64,000 nucleotides of DNA, from contig CAWHAE010000012.1 of assembly GCA_963827235.1 (NCBI GenBank), positions 640,001 through 704,000 on the forward strand. The letters are read 5' to 3'. Within the stretch, counting starts at the first letter, position 1. Every line of letters starts with the position of its first letter. Positions 18,201 through 27,268 of this stretch are shown piece after piece. Under the pieces are notes generated by a model, which worked only from the letters and a program-made list of their open reading frames with translations, was not told where the DNA came from and searched no databases. Source of the DNA: an uncultured bacterium (lineage in GTDB: Bacteria > Chloroflexota > UBA5177 > JANWHV01). The translations under genes were made by a program, and so were the position numbers.

Positions 18201-20861
18201 GAGGGCCGCACCACCTTCTGCAACCAGCGGCTATGCGAGATGCTGGGGTACGGCGCTCGTGAGATACTCGGCCGCCATCCGTGGGCCTTCGTGCCGGAAG
18301 ACGGCGTGTCCGCTGCGCTTGAGCGTCAGCGGAAACGAGAATGCGGCGTCTACGAGACTGCAGAGATTCTCTTCCGGCGCAAGGACGGCAGCACGTTCTG
18401 GACACGGGCCCAGTCCTTTCCGCTGTTTGACGAACAGGGGCGTACCGTGGGCTCCATCGGCATGCTGGTGGATATCACGGAGCGGCGAGCAGCAGATCAG
18501 GCGCGGGCTCGGCTGGCAGCCATCGTGCAGTCCTTCCCGGACGCCATCATCGGCACGTCGGCGACTAGCCTGATCGAGAGCTGGAATGAGGGAGCGGAGC
18601 GCCTGTACGGCTACACGGCCGAGGAAGTAATTGGGCGTCACGCAGCGATGCTGGCACCGCCTGAGCTTCAGGGCGAAGTCGACGGCATTGCCCGGCAGAT
18701 CGCTGAGGGCCGGCCGGTGGTGCAGCTGGAGACGGTGAGGCGTCACAAGAATGGGCAGCGCCTCGATGTGCTGCTGAGCGTCTCGCCCATACGGGATACA
18801 ACGGGGGCCGTGATAGGGAACGCCGGCATCACGTATGACCTGCGGGAGCGAAAGCTGGCGGAAGCGGCGGTGCGGGAGAGCGAGCATCGCTATCGGCTGC
18901 TGTTCGAGAATGCGCTGGCCGGCCTGGAGCTGTACCAGGTGGTCTTCGACCCGCAGGGCGTGCCTGTGGACTTTCGCTTCCTGGAGGTGAACCCTGGCTT
19001 CGAACGGATGACCGGGCTGCCGGCCGCGGCCGTGCTGGGCCGGACGGTGCTCGAGGTCGACCTCCACGCGGATGCCTCCTGGCTGGAGTCATGCGGTAGG
19101 GTCGCCCTGACCGGAGAGCCCGAGATCTTCCAGAGCCACGACCGTGGCCTGGACCGGCACTTCGACGTGTTTGCCTATCGTCCGGCTGCCGGGCGGCTGG
19201 CCGTGGTGTTCACCGACAACACGGAGCGCATTCGCGCCGAGATGGCCCTACGCGAGAGCGAGCAGGAATTCCGTGTGCTGGCGGAGAACTCCAGCGACAT
19301 GATCGTGCGCCTGCGTGCCAACATGCTCGTGCTGTACGTATCGCCGGCTGCTCGACAGGTCATCGGGTTCGATCCGCGCGATCTCGTGGGGCGCCGTGGT
19401 CTGGACTTCGTCCATCCCGACGACGTCGATACGCTGCGGACCGTGCTCGCCGAAGTGCTGCGCGGATCGTTAGTGGAAGCGGTGTCATATCGCCATCTGC
19501 GGCCTGATGGAAGCTACGTCTGGCTGGAATCTACCGGGCGCGCCGTTCGTGACGCTGCGACAGGAGAGGTGACGGAGCTGCAGGTGGCCTCGCGGGACAT
19601 CACCGAGCGCAAACGCACGGAGAAGGCTCTGCGCGAAGTGGCACGCGAGCGCTCGGAAGAGGCGGCGATCGCGGAGGCATTGGTCGAGGCAAGCGCTGCG
19701 CTGGCGAGCGTCATGGAGCCGGAGCCGTTGTACGCGCGCATTCTGGAGCAGATGGCGCGGGTCGTGCCCTGCTCGGGTGCTTGCATCTTCGCTTACCGGC
19801 CTGACCGCGCGGTGGTGGTTGGGGTGTACGGCGAGCCAGAGGTGCCGATCGGCTTTGAACTCGTCGGCGTAGTGGGCGGACTGGGACCGTTTCCGCTGGC
19901 CGATGATGAGCCGCGAGTGCTGGCCGACACGCGGGACTGGCCGAGGTGGCAAGTGGTGCAGCCGTGGGTGGGCGAGCACGAGGTGCGGAGCAGCATGATC
20001 CTGCCTCTGGCGGTGCATGGGGACACGTACGGCTGCCTGGCGATCGGGAGCTCACGGCCCCAGGTCTACGGGGCGCGGCACCTGCGGGTAGCGCAGTCGT
20101 TCGCGGAGCGCATCGTGCAGGCGTTGTGGAACGCGCGGCTGTTCCAGCTAGAGCAGGAGCGGGCTCGGGCGGCGGAGAATCTTGCATCACTGCGGCACGA
20201 GTTTGTGGCGACGGTGAGTCACGAGCTGCGCACGCCGTTGACGGCCGTGCTGGGCTACGCCGAGGTGCTGTCAGGGCACTGGGATCGTCTGAGCGAGGCG
20301 CAGCGGAAGGCCAATCTGCAGCGTATTGTGACGGCGGCGAACCGCCAGAAGCGGCTCGTCGACGACCTGCTGCAGGTGAGCACGCTGGACGGAGACGAGA
20401 TGCCCATGCGACGCGGCAAGGTCTCGCTGGCTGAGATCGTGGCTCTGGCGACGGACGAGGTGAAGGCGAGTTATGCCAACCAGTCGATTGAGGTCGCCGG
20501 GCCGCCGGACCTGGTGGTGGTGGCCGACCCGCTGCGGACGGAGCAGGTGTTGGTGAACCTGATGGATAACGCGGCAAAGTACTCGCCGGAAGGCAGCTGC
20601 ATCGAAGTGAATTGGATGCGGGAGGTGGGAGCGGCGGTAGTGCGGGTGCGAGACCACGGGCCGGGCATCCCACCGGAGGGCCGGGAAGTACTGTTCACGC
20701 GCTTTGGGCGAGTGCCCGGGAGCCGGATGCGGGCCGGGCGCGTAGGTACTGGTCTGGGCCTTTTTCTCGGCCGCGCCTATACGCAGGCGATGGGAGGCAC
20801 TCTGGAGCTGGAAGCGACGGGGCCTGACGGCAGCGTCTTCCGCTTGTGCCTTCCCATCTGA
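15291..20861 (+). CDS. soluble sensor histidine kinase: excisionase-type HTH + 3 GAF + 8 PAS + HisKA + HATPase
   Basis: N-terminal YLTTGQAARVLGVSKGTI..PGGAYRF; repeated PAS units (WNAGAARLFGY, YVNPKF, RKDG); SHELRTPL, NLMDNAAKYS, DHGPGI, GTGLGL. Confidence 0.9.
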   Translation: MAGEYLTTGQAARVLGVSKGTILNAVEAGELRATYRMPGGAYRFQAPDVERYAQWRVVRHQVEEQTRAAVRTRAQQAAAVAGASMESLVEQPATATTEGDASTEVGDTLALLADSLQVGATLVARNEGGSWPVVYAYDRAGMGVRAGAPLPWSEVFAVALGGGPMASLIVEDVRTDARLTSRGDLPHWGVGTVTAVPLHRAGGQMYGALCTLHPSPRAVPGGELSMLRLAGRMVVQAVEASALRERERRAALRASQLAAIVEQSDDAIFRMSSSGVIETWNAGAARLFGYTADEAIGQGIAMLAPADRADEQPSMLRQLMRGQDVADLETVRLRKDGSAVRVSLTISGMRDAAGGLIGGSAIARDISDRARAHQATEELARLHREQAEEAEAVAAVGAALSGSLELHEVYAQILDQAHRLLPYDVAGVVQYEGEWAVIAASAGSLPARAGTRYYRRPESHHLWRVGTGATTYVPDTVQEPGWQGIEPAVAALGLRSVVHVPLVLGGGPAGSLAVASLRPNAYTERQIRMAVRLGEYASRALGSAQLYASEQARARAAEELVRQRDASADALRTLSMAIEQNPASVIITDPAERIEYVNPKFCHLTGYGAAEVVGRNARDVWSDLNMQDAYSSLLQAATAGDSWTGMLRVEGVDGDTRWERVSLSPIRDAGGTVSHFVVVAENVTDRQQAEVALQQSEALFRSLYEHTPVGVALVGLDGRCLMVNASLQRILGYEEAELQGKHFTEYAHADDAAADEQLFAEVVAGTRDAYALEKRYIRKDGQTVWGQLGVSVARDQGGVPRRVVLTLLDLSERHAAEQRLRQSEEHYRQIVETAMEGIFQSDAEDRMVFGNQRAADIIGYSPEELLGMPAATLSDAEDQKAYAARAAARQAGTLRATQFERTVRRKDGTLRWVQVSLVPQFDAQGRYAGMFGMVTDIHQRKQAEQALRRSEERYRRIIETAQEGVWQLDFEGRTTFCNQRLCEMLGYGAREILGRHPWAFVPEDGVSAALERQRKRECGVYETAEILFRRKDGSTFWTRAQSFPLFDEQGRTVGSIGMLVDITERRAADQARARLAAIVQSFPDAIIGTSATSLIESWNEGAERLYGYTAEEVIGRHAAMLAPPELQGEVDGIARQIAEGRPVVQLETVRRHKNGQRLDVLLSVSPIRDTTGAVIGNAGITYDLRERKLAEAAVRESEHRYRLLFENALAGLELYQVVFDPQGVPVDFRFLEVNPGFERMTGLPAAAVLGRTVLEVDLHADASWLESCGRVALTGEPEIFQSHDRGLDRHFDVFAYRPAAGRLAVVFTDNTERIRAEMALRESEQEFRVLAENSSDMIVRLRANMLVLYVSPAARQVIGFDPRDLVGRRGLDFVHPDDVDTLRTVLAEVLRGSLVEAVSYRHLRPDGSYVWLESTGRAVRDAATGEVTELQVASRDITERKRTEKALREVARERSEEAAIAEALVEASAALASVMEPEPLYARILEQMARVVPCSGACIFAYRPDRAVVVGVYGEPEVPIGFELVGVVGGLGPFPLADDEPRVLADTRDWPRWQVVQPWVGEHEVRSSMILPLAVHGDTYGCLAIGSSRPQVYGARHLRVAQSFAERIVQALWNARLFQLEQERARAAENLASLRHEFVATVSHELRTPLTAVLGYAEVLSGHWDRLSEAQRKANLQRIVTAANRQKRLVDDLLQVSTLDGDEMPMRRGKVSLAEIVALATDEVKASYANQSIEVAGPPDLVVVADPLRTEQVLVNLMDNAAKYSPEGSCIEVNWMREVGAAVVRVRDHGPGIPPEGREVLFTRFGRVPGSRMRAGRVGTGLGLFLGRAYTQAMGGTLELEATGPDGSVFRLCLPI

Positions 20862-21012
20862 ACGGTGCCGCCGGCGCGGGATCCTCGAGCTGTGCGAGCG
20901 CGCGAAATGGGCGATGGTGGCGGGGTCCGGCAGCGTGGTACACTTCCCATGCGAGGTGGTGGGCCGCGCAGTAGTGTCAACTCCAATAGCTTCCTCGGGC
21001 ACGCAAGGATAC

Positions 21013-21558
21013 ATGTTCACCCAGCGTTGTATGAGCGCGGTTCAGGCCGTCGCGCGGCTGGCCTCGTCGCGATGTGAAGCCGCGATTGCCAGGTACCGCC
21101 AGCCGGTGGTAAGTCGTCTCGAAGAGAGCATTTGTCAGGATTTCACGGGATTGGGCGCCACGCTCGCCTGTGCTCGCGCCAGTCACTGCCACATCCCATG
21201 TCCGGAGCGCGAGCGCCATCGCCATCTGGCCTACTGTCGCGAGGTCCTCTTACCCATATGGGAGCGCTGGACGCACGCCGACCCGGTGATGCGCCGGGCG
21301 CTGGAGTGTCACGGGGTCGACCCTCAGGTCCACGAGAGGCGGTGCGACGATCTGTTCCGGGCCCAGCGGCGAATGAGCGAGCGCTCCAGCGTGCCCGCTT
21401 ACCGGGCCGCTGCACTGGCCGCGCAGGCCTGCCAATACGCCCTGCTCGGCTATCCGCGCGCGATTATCGCGCAGGTCGCCGAAGAGGCGCTCGAAGCGAA
21501 CGCCGCCGCGCGTGCGTCGATCGTGGTCGTGCGCATGCGCCGCCTGGTCACCGACTAG
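21013..21558 (+). CDS. hypothetical Cys/His-rich helical protein
   Basis: AAGGA RBS before ATG 21013; weak resemblance to Imm5-like proteins (C..VLLPIWE). Confidence 0.55.
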   Translation: MFTQRCMSAVQAVARLASSRCEAAIARYRQPVVSRLEESICQDFTGLGATLACARASHCHIPCPERERHRHLAYCREVLLPIWERWTHADPVMRRALECHGVDPQVHERRCDDLFRAQRRMSERSSVPAYRAAALAAQACQYALLGYPRAIIAQVAEEALEANAAARASIVVVRMRRLVTD

Positions 21559-21679
21559 CCGCGATTGCCGGCCCGGGGAGAGTTGGGCGAAGCGGGGCTA
21601 TTCCTATACCATAGCGGATGAACAAATCCTCGCGCCGGATGCCGGCGCCTTTGCACGCCTTGAATGGGAGCACGCCTGA

Positions 21680-24600
21680 ATGCCGCAAAGTCCCTCCATG
21701 CCCACAACCGTACTGCTGCTCGGTAGCGGAGCGCTGAAGATCGGCGAGGCCGGAGAGTTCGACTATTCAGGATCGCAGGCGGTCAAGGCCCTGAAGGAAG
21801 AGGGCATTCGCGTCGTTCTCGTCAATCCCAACATTGCCACCGTCCAAACGAGCGAGGACTTCGCCGACCGCGTATACTTCGTGCCCGTGGACCCGCACTT
21901 CGTCGAGCGGGTGATCGAGCGCGAGCGGCCCGACGCCATCATGTTGTCCTCGGGTGGGCAAACCGCGCTCAACTGCGGCCTGGCACTGGCTGAGCGCGGC
22001 GTGCTCGATCGATACGGCGTTCGTGTGCTCGGTACGCCTATCCAGACTATCCACGATACGGAAGATCGCGAGCGCTTCGTGCAGCGGTTGGACGAGATCG
22101 GCGTACACACGCCGCGCAGCCGTGTGGCGCAAAGCGTGGACGAGGCGCTGGAGGTGGCCGCTTCCATTGGCTATCCGGTAATTCTGCGCGCCGGGTTCGC
22201 CCTGGGCGGCGAGGGCTCCGGCCGGGCCGCTGGTCCCGAGGAGCTGGCGAACCTGGCTGCCATCGCCTTTGCCCGGCTGCCGGGTGGCGAGCCGCAGGCC
22301 GATAGTGCCGCGGATTCCGGGGCGGCAGCAGGCGCTCGTATGATCCGGCGGCAGGTGCTGATCGAGGAGTACCTTGCCGGCTGGAAGGAGCTGGAATACG
22401 AGGTCGTGCGCGACAGCGCGGACAACTGTATCGTCGTGTGCAACATGGAAAACGTCGACCCCATGGGCATCCACACCGGCGAGAGCATCGTCGTGGCGCC
22501 TTCCCAGACACTCTCCAACGAGGAATACCACGTGCTGCGCAGCGTGGCCATTCGCACCATCCGCCATCTTGGTGTGGTAGGCGAGTGCAATATCCAGTTC
22601 GCGCTGGATCCCCACCCCGCCCGCGAGCCCGGCGCCGGCGCACCGCGAGTCAACTACCGGGTGATCGAGGTGAACGCGCGCCTATCGCGCAGCTCGGCCC
22701 TTGCCAGCAAGGCCACCGGGTATCCCCTTGCCTGGATTGCCGCCAAGCTGGCGCTTGGCCACGCCTTGCCCGATCTGCCCAACCACGTGACGCGCACTAC
22801 GAGTGCCTGCTTCGAGCCGGCTCTGGATTACGTGGTGGTGAAGTTCCCGCGCTGGGATCTGGACAAGTTCCGGCGCGTTGATCAGACGCTGGGCAGCGCC
22901 ATGAAGAGCGTTGGAGAGGTCATGGCGATCGGGCGAACCTTCGAGGAGGCACTGCAGAAGGCCAGCCGCATGCTCGGCTTCGGGTTCGAGGGTCTTCGCA
23001 CGCCACTCGGCGACAGCGAGATGGATGCGGACGATAGCGCCCACCTCGATCCGGGATCGCCGCGCTTCCTGCAGGCCACGCCCGACCGGCTGTTCCAGCT
23101 CGCCCAGGCGCTCTGGGACGGCGTCCCACAGGCGCGCATCCACGAAGCCACGCGTATCGATCCGTGGTTTATCGATCGCATTGCCAACCTCGTGCGCCTG
23201 GAGCGCGAGCTGGTCGAAAGCCCGCGCGGCCCGGGAGACGAGCTGTGTGCGGATCTGCTTCGGGAAGCGAAGGTCACCGGCTTCTCCGACAAGCGGATCG
23301 CGCAGCTCACGGACCTTGACGAACAAGAGGTTCGCCTGCGCCGGCAGAGTCTGGGCATCCTGCCCGTTGTGAAACAGATCGACACGCTGGCCGCCGAGTA
23401 CCCGGCCGCGACCAACTATCTCTATACGACGTACCAGGGCATGGGCTCGCCGGACACGAGCGCGCTCACTCGCAAGGAGGGTGACCTTCGCAAGTCCATT
23501 GTCATCCTGGGTTCGGGTCCCTACCGCATCGGGTCCAGCGTGGAGTTCGACTGGTGTACCGTGAGCGCCGCGCGCACGCTGCGAGAGGCGGGCTGGCGCA
23601 CGATCATGGTCAATCACAACCCCGAGACCGTGTCCACGGATTACGACGAGTGCGACGCCCTATACTTCGAGGAGCTGTCGTTCGAGCGGGTGCTGGACAT
23701 CTTCGACGCGGAGCATCCGGAGCTCGTGGTGCTGTCTGTCGGCGGCCAGATCCCGAACAACCTGGCGCTTCGTCTGCATGCCGCGGGCATCAAGGTGCTG
23801 GGGACCAGCCCCCTCGACATCGACCGGGCCGAGGACCGCAACAAATTCTCCGCCCTGCTAGATGCTTTGGACGTCGATCAGCCGCCCTGGGCCGAGCTTT
23901 CGACTCCCGAGGAGGCCGAGCGGTTTGCTGATGACGTCGGCTATCCGGTGCTCGTTCGTCCGTCGTACGTGCTGTCCGGCAGCGCCATGAACGTGGCCTA
24001 CGAAGCGGGGCACTTGCATCGTTTCCTGCACCAGGCCAGCGTCTCCACAGAGCATCCGGTCGTGATCAGCAAGTTCATCGAGAACGCGCGCGAGATCGAG
24101 ATCGACGCCGTGGCCGGCAATGGACGCCTCGTGATCTATGCCCTGTCCGAGCACGTGGAGAACGCCGGTGTGCATTCGGGCGATGCGACGGTGATGGTGC
24201 CGCCGCAGCGCCTTTATCTGGAGACTGTACGCCAGGTGAAGACGGTTACCAAAAAGATCGCTGCCGAGCTCAAGATCACCGGTCCGTTCAACATACAGTT
24301 CCTGGCCCGCGACAACCAGGTGCAGGTGATCGAGTGCAACCTGCGCGCCAGCCGCAGTTTTCCGCTGGTCTCGAAGGTAACGGGACAGAACTTTATCAGC
24401 TTGGCCATGCGTACCATGCTCGGCGAGGACATCCTGGCTGGGCGCGGTGGCGCGCCGTTCCAGACCGTGGATCTGGACCACGTGGCGGTCAAGGCCCCGC
24501 AGTTCTCGTTCGCGCGCCTGAAGGGCGCCGACCCCGTCGTGCGCGTCGAGATGGCGTCGACCGGCGAAGTCGGCACGTTCGGTCGGGACCTGCACGAGGC

Positions 24601-25207
24601 GTACCTCAAGTCGGTGCTCGCCGTGGGCATGAAGCTGCCCCGGCGCCGTGCTTCCCCCGCTGGTGAGCCGGTGCTGGACGGCCGCTACGCCGGGGCGCGG
24701 GTGTTCATCAGCCTCGGCGGCGAGAAGAACAAATGGGACTTTCTGGCCTCCGTGCGAACGCTCAGCAGTCTCGGCGTCCAGATCTTCGCCACCCGCCTGA
24801 CCAGCGCCTTCCTGACTTCGAACAACGTGCCCAACGTCCGCATCTACAAGATTCACGAGGTCGAGGCTCCGGCGTCGCCTCTACAGGGCGGGCGGGTCTC
24901 CGCGGCCCTGGCCGCGATCGGCCATCTGCAGGTAAAGCCCGCGGTCGGCCTGAAGCCTGCCGGGCTCTCGTCCCAGCGTCCAAGCATACTCAACCTGATC
25001 CAGCAAAACGAGATCGACCTGCTGGTGAACATCACCGACGAGTATGCGACCAAGCAGTTCAACGACGACTACGCCATACGCCGGGCAGCCGTAGACTACA
25101 ACATTCCCCTCTTCACCAATTTGCAGGCGGCGAGGTTGTTCGTGCAGGCCCTCGCCCGCTACGGCCTCGACGATCTCCCCGTGCTGCCCTGGGACGAATA
25201 CGTGTAG
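21680..25207 (+). CDS. carB: carbamoyl-phosphate synthase large subunit
   Basis: GEAGEFDYSGSQA, NPNIATVQT, GIHTGES, EVNARLSRSSALASKATGYP, RPSYVLSG, GVHSGDA, C-terminal MGS domain. Confidence 0.97.
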   Translation: MPQSPSMPTTVLLLGSGALKIGEAGEFDYSGSQAVKALKEEGIRVVLVNPNIATVQTSEDFADRVYFVPVDPHFVERVIERERPDAIMLSSGGQTALNCGLALAERGVLDRYGVRVLGTPIQTIHDTEDRERFVQRLDEIGVHTPRSRVAQSVDEALEVAASIGYPVILRAGFALGGEGSGRAAGPEELANLAAIAFARLPGGEPQADSAADSGAAAGARMIRRQVLIEEYLAGWKELEYEVVRDSADNCIVVCNMENVDPMGIHTGESIVVAPSQTLSNEEYHVLRSVAIRTIRHLGVVGECNIQFALDPHPAREPGAGAPRVNYRVIEVNARLSRSSALASKATGYPLAWIAAKLALGHALPDLPNHVTRTTSACFEPALDYVVVKFPRWDLDKFRRVDQTLGSAMKSVGEVMAIGRTFEEALQKASRMLGFGFEGLRTPLGDSEMDADDSAHLDPGSPRFLQATPDRLFQLAQALWDGVPQARIHEATRIDPWFIDRIANLVRLERELVESPRGPGDELCADLLREAKVTGFSDKRIAQLTDLDEQEVRLRRQSLGILPVVKQIDTLAAEYPAATNYLYTTYQGMGSPDTSALTRKEGDLRKSIVILGSGPYRIGSSVEFDWCTVSAARTLREAGWRTIMVNHNPETVSTDYDECDALYFEELSFERVLDIFDAEHPELVVLSVGGQIPNNLALRLHAAGIKVLGTSPLDIDRAEDRNKFSALLDALDVDQPPWAELSTPEEAERFADDVGYPVLVRPSYVLSGSAMNVAYEAGHLHRFLHQASVSTEHPVVISKFIENAREIEIDAVAGNGRLVIYALSEHVENAGVHSGDATVMVPPQRLYLETVRQVKTVTKKIAAELKITGPFNIQFLARDNQVQVIECNLRASRSFPLVSKVTGQNFISLAMRTMLGEDILAGRGGAPFQTVDLDHVAVKAPQFSFARLKGADPVVRVEMASTGEVGTFGRDLHEAYLKSVLAVGMKLPRRRASPAGEPVLDGRYAGARVFISLGGEKNKWDFLASVRTLSSLGVQIFATRLTSAFLTSNNVPNVRIYKIHEVEAPASPLQGGRVSAALAAIGHLQVKPAVGLKPAGLSSQRPSILNLIQQNEIDLLVNITDEYATKQFNDDYAIRRAAVDYNIPLFTNLQAARLFVQALARYGLDDLPVLPWDEYV

Positions 25208-25252
25208 GGAGCCCGCCAGAGGTCTGGACCAGGCAGGCGAGCAGTTGGAGCA

Positions 25253-25750
25253 ATGAGCGTGTCCGCGAAAGGGAAACCGTCAAGTCAGGCGCCGCAGGGC
25301 GAGGTATGGCTGATCGATGCCGACGGCACCGACCTGGGCTTCGTCGACGGCGCGTCGGCGCTGTCCAGAGCAAGAGAGCGCGGCCTCGATCTCATCCGCC
25401 TCGATCAGATGTCCAGCCCTCCCCGCTATGGCCTGATGGACGCCGCGGCGGCCCAAGCCGGCGCGGTGCGCGCCGAGCGTATCGCGCGCAGCGAGATCAA
25501 GGAGATCCGCCTCCGCGTGGCCACGGGCGCGGCGGATCTCGAGACGCGCCGGAGGAACGCCGAGGCCCTGCTGGCGGCAGGGTACCGCGTGAAGCTGCGT
25601 GTGGAGCTGGACCCGGCACGCAAGAGCGATCCGGCGACTGCGCGGGCCATCCTGGATGCCCTGGTCAAGGCGCTGAAGCATGCAGGGCGCCCCTCCTCCA
25701 GGCCACAGTCCGAGAAGGGCGCTGTCGCCGTCACGCTCGATCCGGCGTAG
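25253..25750 (+). CDS. infC: divergent translation initiation factor IF-3 homologue
   Basis: EVWLIDADGTDLG..ALSRARERGLDL..PP..LMD (IF3-N) and EIKEIRLR..DLETRRRNAEALLAAGYRVKL (IF3-C). Confidence 0.75.
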   Translation: MSVSAKGKPSSQAPQGEVWLIDADGTDLGFVDGASALSRARERGLDLIRLDQMSSPPRYGLMDAAAAQAGAVRAERIARSEIKEIRLRVATGAADLETRRRNAEALLAAGYRVKLRVELDPARKSDPATARAILDALVKALKHAGRPSSRPQSEKGAVAVTLDPA

Positions 25751-25792
25751 TGGCTCGTCAATAGCTACAGATAACGCCTCCCGTGACCGCTG

Positions 25793-26819
25793 CTACTCAT
25801 CTGGCTGCTCGGCGACACCGATCCTGCTGCCACAGTTGAAGCAGTAGTGGAAATACAGCGGGCTGCGCGCGCCACATGTGGGGCAGGTTAGCGCCTCGTG
25901 GTCGGCGGCGATCAAGCTTGCTGCCTCACTTGGGATGGGCGGCGGTTCCGGCAATGTTTTCTCGAGCTTCTCGTGTGTGGTCTCGTGCAGGACATTCAAC
26001 GTCGAGGCCCTGACTTTGTCGAGCTGTAGACCGAGTGACTCCAGCACGGCGGCTGCGATCCCGCCCCCCTCGCGCAGCAGTCCCAAGAGCAGGTGCTCGG
26101 TGCCGACGTAGTGGTGGCCCAGCCGGCGGGCTTCGTCTATCGCCAGCTCGATGGCCTTCCTGGCGCGAGGTGTGAGACCAACCTCGCCGGCCACGTCCAT
26201 GTCGCCTCGTCCCACGATGAACTCGACGCCGCTACGTACTCGCTCCATTTCCACGCCGAGTTCACTCAGCACCTGTGCGGCAACGCCGCCTCCTTCGCCA
26301 ATCAGGCCCAGGAGCAGGTGCTCGGTGCCGATGTAACTGTGGTTGAGGCGCACGGCCTCGCCTTGCGCCAGCTCCAGGACGTGCCGCGCGCGCGTGGTAA
26401 ACCTGTCAAACTTCTGCGCCACAGTAGCCTGCGGCTTCGGCGACTCCTTCCCACGTGCCGAGCGCCGCAGTAGTAGGTCGCCAAGCAACCCGCGGTGGCT
26501 GGTAGCCGGCGACTCGCCAGCGGATTCACTCCCGGCGCGTTGGGTACGATGGCCGGCGCTCATGGCGTGGACGTAGCCGCGCAACTCCTCTTCGGCGACG
26601 CGCCATTCACGTCCGATTCTGGAAGCCCACGATGGTTCGCTCGCGGAGATACTTGGCGACCGTGGTCCGGTCCAGACTCAGGATGTACGCCACCTCGTCA
26701 AGTGTCAGCGCGCTGCCGAGCATCTCCTCTCGCAGCGCCTTGGCGCGCGGGCTCGGCGCCTCGGTCACAGCCTGGCCGCTCGTGCTCTCAGAGGATTGAT
26801 CGATAGTCTCATCGCTCAT
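25793..26819 (-). CDS. excisionase-type HTH + Clp N-terminal repeat domain + zinc ribbon protein, split by a +1 frameshift near 26618
   Basis: Removing one A from CAG-AAT-C joins LTLDEVAYIL..VAKYLRERTIVGFQ to IGREWRVAEEELRGYV; two TEHLLLGL repeats; CPTC...CFNCG; no AAA+ domain. Confidence 0.8.
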
Positions 26820-27062
26820 TTCTCTTCACCCATTGTTCGCTAGTCTTGGCGACTATAGAGAGATTGAGACTCATGCTATGCTCTTTTAACTGATAATACA
26901 ATACGTTCGTCGTCCAAATCTCTTATAGCTGTGGCTCGTGCAGTCCCCAGGCGGCGTGCCGGCAGGCTCCTGCTCGTTCGTGCCCCTTCCTTGCCAGGCC
27001 GGTTGTTGCCAGAGTGGGTGGCCTGTATACTTCGTCGCGTTGATACTGCATGGAGGTCTTCA

Positions 27063-27092
27063 GTGAGTAACATTCGACGTCGCATCGCCTGA
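27063..27092 (+). CDS. putative erm leader peptide MSNIRRRIA
   Basis: GGAGG at 27052-27056, GTG AGT AAC ATT CGA CGT CGC ATC GCC TGA; contains R-X-R arrest-type motif. Confidence 0.7.
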   Translation: MSNIRRRIA

Positions 27093-27238
27093 GCGGAGCC
27101 CACACGGGTACCCCCGGCTTCTGCGCGATGTGACTGACGCTCCCAGCGCCATGTGCTCGTGCTACCAGCATAGCCAACCCTTCTCCAGAGGCTCCGCATT
27201 GGGTCGCATAGGCCTGCCTCAGGCCGTGCGGCTTTTTT
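27079..27238 (+). promoter_or_regulatory. transcription attenuator upstream of erm-like gene
   Basis: Segment 1 GTCGCATCGC (27079-88) pairs with segment 2 GCGATGTGAC (27125-34). Segment 2 can alternatively pair with GTCGCAT (27203-09), the 5' arm of terminator hairpin 27203-27232 followed by TTTTTT. Confidence 0.75.
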
Positions 27239-27268
27239 GTGTCCGATGCATCATGAAAGGACTGGCCG

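Noticed and set aside
26607-26819. Excisionase as evidence of a prophage or integrative element
   Set aside because: No integrase, att/tRNA site or phage genes; the HTH is the N-terminus of the ClpN fusion
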